From Candidatus Saccharimonadota bacterium (GTDB lineage: Bacteria; Patescibacteriota; Saccharimonadia; Saccharimonadales; Saccharimonadaceae), in the NCBI GenBank assembly GCA_001029695.1, contig CP011211.1, forward strand, positions 180,001-212,000: DNA of 32,000 nucleotides, written 5' to 3'. Made by a program: the position numbers and the translations under genes. The notes below the pieces were generated by a model, which searched no databases, was not told the origin of the DNA, and saw nothing but the letters and a program-made list of their open reading frames with translations. This document shows positions 8,457 to 16,012 of this stretch, in pieces (position 1 is the stretch's first letter; every line of letters begins with the position of its first letter).

Positions 8457-8482
8457 CTGTACTCCTCGCATGAGTTAAATAT

Positions 8483-8511
8483 TTAGTGAATTGGCCACGA
8501 AGATTCACTAA
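8483..8511 (-). promoter_or_regulatory. 9-bp stem-loop in the rpoB leader (TTAGTGAAT-N11-ATTCACTAA)
   Basis: Perfect inverted repeat about 27 nt upstream of the rpoB start. Function unknown. Confidence 0.3.
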
Positions 8512-8644
8512 GCTTGGCACGTCCCACCCCTGTTGCCGACAGAAAAGAGACACACTGTACCAAACTACACTACTTCTTAGTATCAACTATGCATCAAAGA
8601 GGAAAAATAATCAAGAGATTAAAAGAGGGATTTATAATGAAAAC

Positions 8645-9457
8645 CTATGACTTCGTTACTATTCCCCACAAAAGTGCGGCAATCACCGCAAAAATGCCAA
8701 AAACGATAGTATAGATTCGGTTCCTTGAACGTAACGACATGATAATCGTAAAGATACTGCTTACGATAATTAGTCCATAGAACGGCACAATTACAGGCAA
8801 CAATACTAGCGATCCACCCCCAAACCAAAACTGAGGGTCAGAAAGCGCAGCTATCGCTGGAGGAACAAGCAGCGCGACAGTAACGCTCCCAAGGAGTATT
8901 TGAGCTGACAAATGATGGTCAAGCTCATCAGCCGCATCGTCCCAAAAATAATATGATACAAGCATACTCATAGCTAACGCTATGGCACCAGTACTGGCTA
9001 TCACAAACGTTGAATAAAAGATCACCGTCACCCATGCCATCGAGTCCCCGCCTAGTAGCATGCAAACATACAATACAAGGGACACAATACCAAATGGCAA
9101 TATACATTTCCTGACAGTAGCATGCATCCTCTCGGCGATGGTTATATCGCCGTAGTGCATCAAAGGAGGTGCTTCAGCCTTTACCACAGGGTTTAACACT
9201 TTTTTAAAGTCCGCGCTCGCTCTGAGGACGAGAGCGCAAAATGTAAACGGTAACACAAATAGGCCTATAGTCATGATTCCGAATGCAAGCTCGGGCAATT
9301 GCCTGCCACCTAAATGCTCCATGTATAGAGACACGCCAGGAATAATCAAGAAAAAAACCAGTAAGATAATATTCAGCCAACAATAGAACTTGAACATCTT
9401 CGAGTATACTCTGACAGCCGGCTTTATATCTGTTTCATTTTTTAGTGTTGTCTGCAT
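8645..9457 (-). CDS. Hypothetical polytopic membrane protein (about 270 aa)
   Basis: ORF 8645..9496 contains many hydrophobic segments. The annotated TTG start is actually the -35 box of a strong promoter, so ATG 9457 (or 9466) is the likelier start. Confidence 0.7.
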   Translation of the reverse strand: MQTTLKNETDIKPAVRVYSKMFKFYCWLNIILLVFFLIIPGVSLYMEHLGGRQLPELAFGIMTIGLFVLPFTFCALVLRASADFKKVLNPVVKAEAPPLMHYGDITIAERMHATVRKCILPFGIVSLVLYVCMLLGGDSMAWVTVIFYSTFVIASTGAIALAMSMLVSYYFWDDAADELDHHLSAQILLGSVTVALLVPPAIAALSDPQFWFGGGSLVLLPVIVPFYGLIIVSSIFTIIMSLRSRNRIYTIVFGIFAVIAALLWGIVTKS

Positions 9458-9467
9458 TACTAACATG

Positions 9468-9496
9468 ATTATAGTATGAGGCTCTGTGGTCGTCAA
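9468..9496 (-). promoter_or_regulatory. Strong promoter TTGACG-17 nt-TATAAT for the 270-aa membrane protein gene; very short or no leader
   Basis: -35 is at 9496..9491, the spacer is 17 nt, and -10 is at 9473..9468. ATGs lie at 9466 and 9457, i.e. 2 and 11 nt after the -10. Confidence 0.55.
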
Positions 9497-9500
9497 AGAA

Positions 9501-9519
9501 AAGGTAGCAGCTCCACCTT
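9501..9519 (-). terminator. Small stem-loop plus U-rich tract after the 200-aa membrane protein gene
   Basis: On the minus strand, AAGGUGG-AGCUG-CUACCUU is followed by UUCUUUG; it overlaps the TAA stop. Confidence 0.35.
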
Positions 9520-10120
9520 ATATAAGATAAAGCATCAGAGCAAATATACATACATAGATAATAATTATAGCAAGCGTAATACGCCAAACTTTACGAAACC
9601 ACTTATCGTTCAGCCTCGCTGCCCAAATAAACAGTACAAAAAACAATAAGACATACAGCGGCGTTGTAAATAAAAATACTGGATACAGTAAAGCAGCAAG
9701 ACCAATCCCGCTAGGAATAAATGTAGCACCTACTACGAGGAGTTGGGTCCACATCGTTACGCCTATAACGAGGGGTGGCAATATAAGCACAAGCCAAAGA
9801 ATAAACCACTTACGTTGCTCGGTAAATGGCAACGTCAGTCCTCGTTGTATGCCGAATTTTGCAGCCGTAGCCAGTAACATAGCTCCGCTAAAAACAGCTA
9901 CACATATGGAAACTAGCAGTAGTACTCCTATCGTTTTTTTTACGAGCGAGGCATCGATATCGCTTGGCTCAGGCACAAGAATCACCAGCACAACAAAGGC
10001 TATCAATGAAATGAAAAATAACCGTCGCCACTTACGTGCCGTAACGTCGTGCTCTTTTGCCTCTATATCCCCGGAGCCCTCTAGTTGCTTATGTAAATCA
10101 TCATTCATTCCATAGATCAT
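9518..10120 (-). CDS. Hypothetical membrane protein (200 aa, about 5-6 TM segments)
   Basis: Long ORF with a charged N-terminus followed by repeated hydrophobic stretches. No family recognised. Confidence 0.7.
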   Translation of the reverse strand: MIYGMNDDLHKQLEGSGDIEAKEHDVTARKWRRLFFISLIAFVVLVILVPEPSDIDASLVKKTIGVLLLVSICVAVFSGAMLLATAAKFGIQRGLTLPFTEQRKWFILWLVLILPPLVIGVTMWTQLLVVGATFIPSGIGLAALLYPVFLFTTPLYVLLFFVLFIWAARLNDKWFRKVWRITLAIIIIYVCIFALMLYLI

Positions 10121-10156
10121 AGCATATTACTATGGCCTGTAAGAGCGTACTGTATG

Positions 10157-10750
10157 CTACGCTTTCGTAATCACCTCATCAACGAGTCCATACTTCACCG
10201 CTTCTTCTGCACTCATCCAGAAATCACGGTCAGCATCTTTTTCGATCTTTGAGATTTTTTGACCAGTATTTTTAGCGAGAATTTCGTTGAGCTTTTGCTT
10301 CAAGAATAGTCCTTCACGAAGTGTAATCTCTTGATCAGTAATCTTACCTTGCGTACCACTGCTAGGCTGATGGATCATGATTCGACTATTTGGTAATGCG
10401 AATCTCTTACCCTTCGTGCCACTCGAGAGCAAGAACGCACCCATACTTGCCTGAAGTCCAATGCCGATCGTTTGAACATCAGGACCGATATACTGGATTG
10501 TATCGTAAATCGCAAGGCCATCATATACACTTCCACCCGGGCTATTGATATACAGTTTAATATCTTTCTTGTTGTCAGCATATGCCAGGTGAAGCAGCTG
10601 CGCCACGACAACATTTGCAGTATGCTCGTTGACATCTTCTCCTAGAAAAATGATTCGTTCGTTGAGTAATCGCGAGTAAATATCAAAAGCACGCTCACCA
10701 TCGTGGGTTTTCTCGATAACCGTTGGAACAAGATAACTTTTTGGACTCAT
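10157..10750 (-). CDS. clpP: ATP-dependent Clp protease proteolytic subunit
   Basis: The Ser-His-Asp context is present ([22 protein letters not shown]). AAGGAGAATAGT precedes ATG 10750, so the track start at 10786 is likely over-extended. Confidence 0.95.
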   Translation of the reverse strand: MSPKSYLVPTVIEKTHDGERAFDIYSRLLNERIIFLGEDVNEHTANVVVAQLLHLAYADNKKDIKLYINSPGGSVYDGLAIYDTIQYIGPDVQTIGIGLQASMGAFLLSSGTKGKRFALPNSRIMIHQPSSGTQGKITDQEITLREGLFLKQKLNEILAKNTGQKISKIEKDADRDFWMSAEEAVKYGLVDEVITKA

Positions 10751-10797
10751 ACTATTCTCCTTTGTCTGGCTGTGATATATCACCAATTATTATATCT

Positions 10798-10826
10798 AGT
10801 ATAGCGCGGATTAGCACTCGTTACAA
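10798..10826 (-). promoter_or_regulatory. clpP promoter TTGTAA-17 nt-TATACT
   Basis: -35 at 10826..10821 lies in the CIRCE spacer, and -10 is at 10803..10798. The 5' UTR of about 40 nt contains the perfect palindrome GTGATATATCAC (10772..10783). Confidence 0.55.
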
Positions 10827-10837
10827 GTGAGTGCTAA
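10811..10837. promoter_or_regulatory. CIRCE element (HrcA operator): TTAGCACTC-N9-GAGTGCTAA
   Basis: Exact match to the CIRCE consensus inverted repeat with a 9-nt spacer. It overlaps the -35 and spacer of the clpP promoter. Confidence 0.85.
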
Positions 10838-10848
10838 TTATCATTTAT

Positions 10849-10877
10849 TTGCGCCTGTTCGATTACCATATTATAAT
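10849..10877 (+). promoter_or_regulatory. Promoter TTGCGC-17 nt-TATAAT for the 94-aa ORF
   Basis: -35 is at 10849..10854 and -10 at 10872..10877. GAGG lies 5 nt before ATG 10916. Confidence 0.5.
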
Positions 10878-10915
10878 AATAGTATGCTCATTCACATCTA
10901 CCGAAAGAGGTTACG

Positions 10916-11200
10916 ATGGAACATAACAACCCTAACCCCGACGATCTTTCTCTTGCGGCCTCCCGACTACTGATACTGAGTGCTGGTATCATAGTAGCTT
11001 TACTGTACTGCAAAGCTCTGGACGCAATCAGTCGGTTTGCTCCTGGACTCTCCGCGGCTATAACCGGTAGCCTGGTAGTGATTGTACTTGTTGGCATTTT
11101 GTATCGACTCCTTCGACGCCCTGCTCGAAGTGAAGACAGTCACGACCCTGCACTTCAGGCTAAATTCCTATCAATAGTAGAGAGGACCGAAGAACCGTAG
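10916..11200 (+). CDS. Hypothetical small membrane protein (94 aa, 2 TM segments)
   Basis: Has its own promoter, Shine-Dalgarno and terminator. Two hydrophobic helices are followed by a charged tail. Confidence 0.55.
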   Translation: MEHNNPNPDDLSLAASRLLILSAGIIVALLYCKALDAISRFAPGLSAAITGSLVVIVLVGILYRLLRRPARSEDSHDPALQAKFLSIVERTEEP

Positions 11201-11243
11201 AATGAGCAATTGTCCGTCTGACTACCTCAGATAATAGGACTAC

Positions 11244-11277
11244 TGGCCGCTACCCTTAAAAAGGAGCGGCCATTTTC
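11244..11277 (+). terminator. Terminator of the 94-aa ORF
   Basis: TGGCCGCT-N13-AGCGGCCA followed by TTTTCA. Confidence 0.6.
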
Positions 11278-11304
11278 ATATTCACCAAAAACGTATATCA
11301 ATAA

Positions 11305-11334
11305 AATACCCACCCAATAACCCGGGTGGGTATT
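11305..11334 (-). terminator. Terminator of the 97-aa ORF
   Basis: AATACCCACCC-N8-GGGTGGGTATT; on the minus strand it is followed by TTATTG. Confidence 0.6.
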
Positions 11335-11347
11335 TGGGTGGGTGAGG

Positions 11348-11641
11348 TCATAAAAGCCCTGAATCATCATCTATCGGTAGATGATGAAACCGACGCGTAA
11401 CTGATCGAGCTAGCCAAGAGTCGTAGCAGCGTCGACAAAAAACCATTAAAAGAAAGACTCCAATCAGATACACAAACAGAGCAAATGGCAGCACTATGCC
11501 AGTCGTAGCCTGTCTACCGATCGACATGATTACAACCATAGCTCCAGCCCACCAAATCAATGCGATCGCCAACCAAATCGTCCCCTTGTCATGAGACTTG
11601 ATCTTCGCTTCACTCCAACGAGTACGTTCTTCAGCTTTCAT
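11348..11641 (-). CDS. Hypothetical small membrane protein (97 aa, 2 TM segments)
   Basis: ORF with two Trp-rich and Leu-rich hydrophobic segments. A terminator lies downstream. The Shine-Dalgarno is weak. Confidence 0.5.
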   Translation of the reverse strand: MKAEERTRWSEAKIKSHDKGTIWLAIALIWWAGAMVVIMSIGRQATTGIVLPFALFVYLIGVFLLMVFCRRCYDSWLARSVTRRFHHLPIDDDSGLL

Positions 11642-11695
11642 AGTAATGTGCTCACTTCCTCATGGAAAGTCTTGAATGACACTACTACATTACAA

Positions 11696-11732
11696 TAAAA
11701 TCTACCTCAATGCAATGCATCGAGGTAGATTA
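11696..11732 (-). terminator. Rho-independent terminator of tig
   Basis: AATCTACCTC-loop-GAGGTAGATT followed by TTTATTG on the minus strand. Confidence 0.75.
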
Positions 11733-11753
11733 GCTCTGTTCATCAACTAGCGT

Positions 11754-13034
11754 CTATTTAACGTTTAGTTCGAGAAGCAGGTCAATTGTTTTATCAGTGA
11801 GTAGTCGGTTTGCGATATCGCGCTGAACTTCTGGAGCAGTAAAATCTTGCCCAGACTTTTGGCCGAATTGCGCTTGATACTCATTGATCTTTTCAGCGAG
11901 CTCTTCGTCAGTTGCTGTCACCTTCTCCACCTTTGAAAGTTCCGCTAGTACTAGACCAGCTTTGACACGGTTTTCCGCCGCTGGCTTTACTTCTTTAGCA
12001 ATCCAGTCTTCGCGATCCTTGAAGTCTTTACTTTCAAGATACATATCGAGAGTCATACCCTGGTAGCCAAGATTTTGAATCATGTCTTGTTCGATCGACT
12101 TAATTTGATCTTCAACCAAAATCTCCGGAACCGGCACCGTACTTGCCTCGACAAGCTTTGTCACGAGTTCATCTTTTAGGGTGCTCTCTGCTTCACGTTC
12201 TTTTTGAGTAGTAATTTCGCGCTTAATATCTGCTTTTAGCTCATCGGCTGAGGTAAATGGACCAGCTTTTGCTGCAAGCTCGTCGTTCAATTCCGGAAGA
12301 ACAACTTCTTTTACTTCCTTGAGCGTCGTCGTAAACACAACTGGCGCGCCAGCAAGATCTTTTACGTGGTACTCTTTTGGAAATTTCAGATCGATATCAA
12401 ATGTCTCACCTGCTTTTTTACCGACAATAGCTTCTTCGAAGCCAGGAATAAACTGCTTTGAACCAAGTTTCAGTGTGTAGTCATTTCCTGTGCCACCATC
12501 AAATGCAACGTCATCTTTCTTACCTACAAAGTCGAGGATAGTCTCATCACCATCTTTTGCCGCACGCTCTACCGTCTTTCGTTCGGCAAAGCCTTGCTGA
12601 ATCCGCTCGATGATTTCGTCAACGTCTTTAGCAGCTACAGTAACTTTCGGTTTTTTGACTGATAACTTCTTATAATCGCCAAGTGTCACCTTTGGAAGAA
12701 TCTCCGACTCAGCGGTAAACTCTAGTTCTTTACCAGGAACAAACTTCTTCACTTCAACAGCTGGTCGGTCAAGTGCCTGAATCTTTTCAGATACAAATGC
12801 CTCAGAAACAGCTTTAGAAAGCGCGTCATCAAGAGTCTGCTGACCAAGTGCGCTAGGGTCAACATGTTTCATAGCAACACTTACAGGGACTTTTCCAGCA
12901 CGGAAGCCAGGTACTTTCATGTTTTTTGCAAGTTTAGTGAGCGCCACTTGCTCGGCGTCTTGAAGTTCTTTTGCTCCCAATGTGATTGTGAGCTCAACTT
13001 TTGTGTCGGATAGGTTTTTTACAGTCGTCTTCAT
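11754..13034 (-). CDS. tig: Trigger factor (426 aa)
   Basis: The N-terminal ribosome-binding signature VPGFRAGKVP is present, and the length and domain order are typical of trigger factor. Confidence 0.93.
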   Translation of the reverse strand: MKTTVKNLSDTKVELTITLGAKELQDAEQVALTKLAKNMKVPGFRAGKVPVSVAMKHVDPSALGQQTLDDALSKAVSEAFVSEKIQALDRPAVEVKKFVPGKELEFTAESEILPKVTLGDYKKLSVKKPKVTVAAKDVDEIIERIQQGFAERKTVERAAKDGDETILDFVGKKDDVAFDGGTGNDYTLKLGSKQFIPGFEEAIVGKKAGETFDIDLKFPKEYHVKDLAGAPVVFTTTLKEVKEVVLPELNDELAAKAGPFTSADELKADIKREITTQKEREAESTLKDELVTKLVEASTVPVPEILVEDQIKSIEQDMIQNLGYQGMTLDMYLESKDFKDREDWIAKEVKPAAENRVKAGLVLAELSKVEKVTATDEELAEKINEYQAQFGQKSGQDFTAPEVQRDIANRLLTDKTIDLLLELNVK

Positions 13035-13089
13035 ACTCGACCTATAATAACAGATACGAGTAGAAAGTTCGACCCTTTAGGAGTGCCTG

Positions 13090-14439
13090 TTAGTCAAAAA
13101 AGACAGCAAATTCATCGTCATCAGAAATATGTCGGCGATCTTTTACTTTACTGACAATTCTTTCGAAGCTCAGTTTTTCTTCTTGTGCAGTCATAGTGTC
13201 TTTAAACATATAAATACCGCTAGACACCTCGTCCTCACCGACAAATATCATGAATGGAATATTTTTCTTTATAACGGCTTTGATCTGCTTTTCAAGCTTG
13301 CGGCCAGTAATGTCGACTTCGACATTCACGCCCTCTTCACGGAGATTCTGTGCAAGCTTTAGCGCAGCAGAGTATGTGTTATTCAGTACGACAATACCCA
13401 CTTCTGTTGTGGATACTAGTTTAGGTAAGAGGTTGTGCGACTGAAGAAACAGCTCAGTCGTCGTAAGACCAGGTGCCATACCCACGGTACCGATCGGCTC
13501 TGCGCCAAACAATCCGACAAGCCCATCATAACGCCCACCACCAAAAAGAGAGCGGTTGTTTTGTGGATCAGTATCAAACACCTCAAAAACAGTGCCTGTA
13601 TAGTAGTCAAGGCCGCGCATAAGCGTACTGTCAAACACAGCATTCTTGACTCCCGCCTGCTCAAGAAGTTGGAATAATTCTTGCACCTCTCGTGCAGCGG
13701 CGCTCGTACGTAGCTCTTCGGGCAAGTCATTCATCGACTTAGCTGCGATAAGTACTGCAATCTGCTGAAGACCACGTGGTGAGTTTTCAGCACCAAATAT
13801 CTCAGCAGCGTGGTCTCGAAAGTCCTCTGGACTGATCTTATTTTTGCGATCAAAAAGTTTGATCATCATCTGCGCCTGTACGGCATCAAGACCAAGGTAT
13901 TGGCCCATCGTAAAGTCAATCAATTTACGGTTGTTGATGCGAATCGTAAACATATCATTCGTTGCGCCAAATGCTTTCATAATCTCGGCTGCTAGGCCGA
14001 TAATTTCAGCTTCCGGCATCGGCCCATCAACGCCAAAAATGTCAGTATTCAGTTGCCAAAACTCACGCTCACGACCTCGCTGTGGCCGTTCATAACGCAT
14101 GAAATTCGCAATAGAAAAGAGACGAGCTGGATACCCAAGCTCCTGTCGACGGCCAGCAACCATACGGCTGATCGATGGGGTCATCTCCGGACGAATCGCC
14201 ACTACACGATCCCCTCTATCAGTAAACGCATATGTCTGTTCGCCAGCCAACTCTTGGCCGGATTTTGCCGTATAGACTTCAAGCGGTTCGAGCATTGGAG
14301 CGCCATACTCTTCATAGCCATGTAGTTGAACAACTTTTCTCCATGTATTGAAGATATAATTCTGCACTCGTTTATCTTCTGGATAATAATCTCTCGTGCC
14401 TTTATAGGGTTGTGGGGACAGTGTACTCATTGGGGTCAT
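13090..14439 (-). CDS. hisS: Histidine--tRNA ligase
   Basis: KGTRDYYPED, RYERPQRGREREFWQ (motif 2) and GGGRYDGL (motif 3) are present. The start is ambiguous between ATG 14439 (AAGGAG 12 nt upstream) and ATG 14466. Confidence 0.93.
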   Translation of the reverse strand: MTPMSTLSPQPYKGTRDYYPEDKRVQNYIFNTWRKVVQLHGYEEYGAPMLEPLEVYTAKSGQELAGEQTYAFTDRGDRVVAIRPEMTPSISRMVAGRRQELGYPARLFSIANFMRYERPQRGREREFWQLNTDIFGVDGPMPEAEIIGLAAEIMKAFGATNDMFTIRINNRKLIDFTMGQYLGLDAVQAQMMIKLFDRKNKISPEDFRDHAAEIFGAENSPRGLQQIAVLIAAKSMNDLPEELRTSAAAREVQELFQLLEQAGVKNAVFDSTLMRGLDYYTGTVFEVFDTDPQNNRSLFGGGRYDGLVGLFGAEPIGTVGMAPGLTTTELFLQSHNLLPKLVSTTEVGIVVLNNTYSAALKLAQNLREEGVNVEVDITGRKLEKQIKAVIKKNIPFMIFVGEDEVSSGIYMFKDTMTAQEEKLSFERIVSKVKDRRHISDDDEFAVFFD

Positions 14440-14483
14440 AGTAGCATTTTTCTCCTTATTCCGCAAGGGTAAGCGGTATGCAT

Positions 14484-14518
14484 AAAAAATAACCAGCCGC
14501 TGAATGCGACTGGTTATT
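14484..14518 (-). terminator. Rho-independent terminator of the surface-protein gene
   Basis: AATAACCAG...CTGGTTATT stem followed by a run of six T on the minus strand. Confidence 0.8.
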
Positions 14519-14535
14519 AATATTAGTAAAGATAT

Positions 14536-15885
14536 TTACTTACCGAGCAATGTTGCGAGAAGATCGCGTCGTGAAGCTAAATAGTATGATGATGCAGTAA
14601 TGATACTTGCAAGACCAAATCCGCCCATTAGGAGCTCACCTGGACCAGTTTGTGGAAGCGCAGCTGGAGTAACTGGCGCCTTACAGTCAGGACTATTCTT
14701 TGGAAGTGAGCTGTCGTATGGACACTCTGCGCAATCAGGGCTATCTTTTGGAAGTGCAGGATTTGTTGGGCAAGGTGTTGCAGTAATCTTTGCCTGGCAC
14801 TTTGTGTCTTTCACTTCACCATTTACGTCAAACTTGAGTGTTGCCACAATCGTATAGTCACGAACTTCTGTGTACGTATGACTGACGGTTGTACCAGTGA
14901 TTGTCTCGCTCGTGCCATCACCAAAGTCAACGGTCGCACCTTTGTATGCGGCATTTTTTTCAGTCTTACGGATAGTAAAATCGTATGTTTTGCCGCTACG
15001 CTTAACGACATCGAGCGCAGTACACGCATAGTCTGCAGCAGGCTGTTCAATCACGACCTGAGCTTGACACTTGTCGCCAGGAACTTCAACAACTTTTCCG
15101 TCAACCTTCACCTTAACAATCGATTTAACAGTGTAATTTCCTGCTTTTGCATAGGTATAGTCAATCGTACTTGAAGTGCTATCCTTAGGGGCTGTACCAT
15201 CACCAAAATCAATTCGGTATCCCACGATTTCCGCACCGCCTGAAGCACGTGCATCAATCTTGAATCGACGACTGAATGTACCTGTCTGCTGAGCAGAAAG
15301 AAGATCGCATGTATATGCAGGAGTTGGCTTCGGTGGGGTTGGAGGAGTTGGTGTTGCGTAGATGGGATTACCACAGCCACTAATCACTGCATACTTGAAG
15401 TTACCTTGTGCATCCAGTGCGACCATGGTTGGAAGTCCATCAGTAACAAATGCAGCGCTGTTTGGAGTTTCATAGTATGTCTTACCGGCAATGCTAATTG
15501 GACGGCTACCAGGGATTGGTTGGCGACCAATACTCTTAGCATTTGTCGCAACAACTTTTCCATTGACGCGAACCGTGCCGTCCTTAAACGATTGACCCTG
15601 AACAACCTGTAGATCTTTCGGGATCCAGTAATGACCGTAGATAGCAGGAAGGTCACCAGGAGCATTTGCTTCGAACTTTTGTTTAAACTCACCAGCATTC
15701 TCAGCACCACAATACATAATCGCATTGTTATCACAATCACGAACGATCGCGGCTTGCGCTTCAACTTGGTTAAGAATACCAAGTACACCAAAAATCCCCA
15801 TGCCAAGTGCAAAAATGCCGCCGACAATAAGGTGGTTAGATTTCATATACCTGAACTGGTTTAAAACGCTTCGTAAGCCTCGCAT
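14536..15885 (-). CDS. Sortase-anchored (LPXTG) surface protein with two PKD-like repeats
   Basis: An N-terminal signal/TM segment is present (HLIVGGIFALGMGIFGVLGIL...AQA). Two roughly 90-aa repeats each contain DFGDGT. A TPTPPTPPKPTP linker is present. LPQTG (14644..14658) is followed by a hydrophobic stretch and RRD. AAGGAG precedes ATG 15885. Confidence 0.85.
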   Translation of the reverse strand: MRGLRSVLNQFRYMKSNHLIVGGIFALGMGIFGVLGILNQVEAQAAIVRDCDNNAIMYCGAENAGEFKQKFEANAPGDLPAIYGHYWIPKDLQVVQGQSFKDGTVRVNGKVVATNAKSIGRQPIPGSRPISIAGKTYYETPNSAAFVTDGLPTMVALDAQGNFKYAVISGCGNPIYATPTPPTPPKPTPAYTCDLLSAQQTGTFSRRFKIDARASGGAEIVGYRIDFGDGTAPKDSTSSTIDYTYAKAGNYTVKSIVKVKVDGKVVEVPGDKCQAQVVIEQPAADYACTALDVVKRSGKTYDFTIRKTEKNAAYKGATVDFGDGTSETITGTTVSHTYTEVRDYTIVATLKFDVNGEVKDTKCQAKITATPCPTNPALPKDSPDCAECPYDSSLPKNSPDCKAPVTPAALPQTGPGELLMGGFGLASIITASSYYLASRRDLLATLLGK

Positions 15886-16012
15886 GCTTCACTCCTTCTC
15901 CGTTAGTTTTGATCTATCGTCGCTCCACCAACGATAATATACAACTTTTCTTAGCTCAATTTTCCCACATATTTGATAAAGCGTCAATATCTATCTTATA
16001 AAATGCTGTATA

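Noticed and set aside
8457-8471. Longer N-termini given by the ORF track for rpoB (8471), clpP (10786), the RHH gene (22223), rsmD (22893), GNAT (TTG 21059) and the membrane protein (TTG 9496)
   Set aside because: Internal starts have better Shine-Dalgarno or promoter geometry, and they match the usual N-termini of the families. The extensions overlap promoters or upstream genes.
8514-8828. ORFs 8514..8714 (+) and 8619..8828 (-) in and near the rpoB upstream gap
   Set aside because: One has a non-ATG start with no Shine-Dalgarno. The other overlaps the 3' end of the better-supported membrane-protein gene in another frame. Neither has recognisable content.
13090-14535. T-box leader upstream of hisS (and of tyrS at 29909..30060)
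   Set aside because: The intergenic spaces are only about 70 and 150 nt. No T-box sequence (AATTAGGGTGGTACCGCG-like) and no specifier/antiterminator architecture is present.
14600-15937. Alternative-frame and antisense ORFs within the surface-protein gene (for example 15384..15827 -, 15108..15380 -, 14878..15174 +)
   Set aside because: The 449-aa frame has a signal peptide, PKD repeats and LPXTG, which explains the region. The other ORFs are frame shadows.
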